DNA of 64,000 nt from the NCBI GenBank assembly GCA_951406725.2, contig OX597814.1:192696001-192760000 (forward strand), given 5' to 3'. Made by a program: the position numbers and the translations under genes. This DNA is from Octopus vulgaris (taxonomy: Eukaryota). This document shows positions 62,768 to 64,000 of the stretch, one piece after another (the stretch's first letter is position 1; each line of letters begins with the position of its first letter). Below the pieces are notes generated by a model. It did no database searches. It had not been told where the DNA came from and worked only from the letters and a program-made list of their open reading frames with translations.

Positions 62768-63302
62768 CTAGCAGTATCGCCCGGCGTTGCTCGGGTTTGT
62801 AAGGGAAATAACTATATAAGCATTTTTAGAGAGTTATAGCAAAAAAATGCATTAAAAATGGAATAAAAAATGATGATGATTTTTTTTTTTAAATCGTTGA
62901 CTCAGTGTCTTCAAGCCATGAAGTCGTTGTTCTAAAAGAACGCTGGTCTCCTTGACAACGCTTTACGACGTTGATTTCTTTACACTCCCTTCCCCACAGC
63001 TTCACGAGGGAGGGAAGAAGGGGAGAAGCAAACACAGGTGCAGGTGTTTGAGCGTGGACGCCAACTCCGCCGCCATCGACACACGAAAATTATGCATTAA
63101 AATGGAATAAAAAATTATGTTAAATTATTTTTAAAATCGTAGACTCATCGTAGACGCGCGCTAATACTCAGAAGGGCTCGATATTAATCACGACTATAAG
63201 ATACCCGAATTTGGTTAAACTGCACCGCAAAATGTGGGAGTAGTTAGGAATCTAAATCGAAGGGGACAGACACTCACACAACTAGAGTTTTATATATATA
63301 GA
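62768..63302 (-). mobile_element. Non-autonomous Helitron (inverted)
   Basis: Reverse-complement termini of the same family. Confidence 0.8.
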
Positions 63303-63353
63303 TATATATATATATATATGTAAAATATAATCTCGTTCAGAGATTTATTATTG

Positions 63354-63868
63354 ATATATATATAAAACTGTAGTTGTGTGAGTGTCTGTCCCCTTCGATT
63401 TAGATTCTTAACTCCTCCCACATTTTGCGGTGCAGTTTAACCATATTCGGGTATCTTATAGTCGTGATTCATATCAAGCCCGTCTGGCTATTAGCGCGCG
63501 TCTACGATGAGTCTACGATTTTAAAAATAATTTAACATAATTTTTTATTCCATTTTAATGCATAATTTTTCGTGTGTCGATGGCGGCGGAGTTGGCGTCC
63601 ACGCTCAAACACCTGCACCTGTGTTTGCTTCTCCCCTTCTTCCCTCCCTCGTGAAGCTGTGGGGAAGGGAGTGTAAAGAAATCAACGTCGTAATGCGTTG
63701 TCAAGGAGACCAGCGTTCTTTTAGAACAACGACTTCATGGCTTGAAGACACCAAAACAGAAATGGCTAAGAAAGCCCGAATTGGCATCTATAAGGGAAGT
63801 AACTCTCTAAAAATGCTTATATAGTTATTTCCCTTACAAATCCGAGCAACGCCGGGCGATACTGCTAG
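63354..63868 (+). mobile_element. Non-autonomous Helitron
   Basis: Near-identical to the reverse complement of 62768-63302; ends in CTAG. Confidence 0.8.
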
Positions 63869-64000
63869 TCTTTATATATAAAAGTGAAGTTGTGTGTCTG
63901 TCTCCTACGATTTAGATTCCTAACTACTCCCACATTTTGCGGTGCAGTGTAACCAAAAGCGGGTATCTTATAGTCGTGATTCATATCGAGCCCTTCTGGG
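63869..64000 (+). mobile_element. Non-autonomous Helitron joined head-to-tail to the previous copy (runs off the window)
   Basis: CTAG|TCtttatatataaaag junction; matches the start of the 61759 copy. Confidence 0.75.

Overview
AT-rich, repeat-dense animal DNA, almost certainly an octopus (coleoid cephalopod); this is inferred from the SINE/LINE families and the microsatellite load. The only host gene I can support is the 5' part of Polycomb SUZ12 on the minus strand. Coding exon 1 is at 25454-25691 and a 47-nt exon 2 at 17578-17624 (missing from the ORF track); the gene probably continues off the left edge. A repeat-poor, CpG-richer zone (about 23.0-30.4 kb) surrounds its start. The rest is mostly mobile-element debris: three tRNA-type SINE families, RTE LINEs and many solo copies of their 3' UTR, CR1-like LINEs, an array of R4/Dong-like 3' ends in (AAT)n, a Penelope-like RT/GIY-YIG relic, mariner, piggyBac-, hAT- and MULE-like MITEs, and Helitrons. 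The most notable signal is a set of hammerhead-ribozyme motifs, all on the + strand and mostly in short elements within (TA)n microsatellites: 4876, 9022, 30746, 46691 and 48513, plus relics near 39721 and 45297. Two have unusually long helix II hairpins. One sits in a cassette flanked by two near-identical initiator-tRNA-Met-like copies (47977, 48792). Everything was read by eye; repeat boundaries are approximate.
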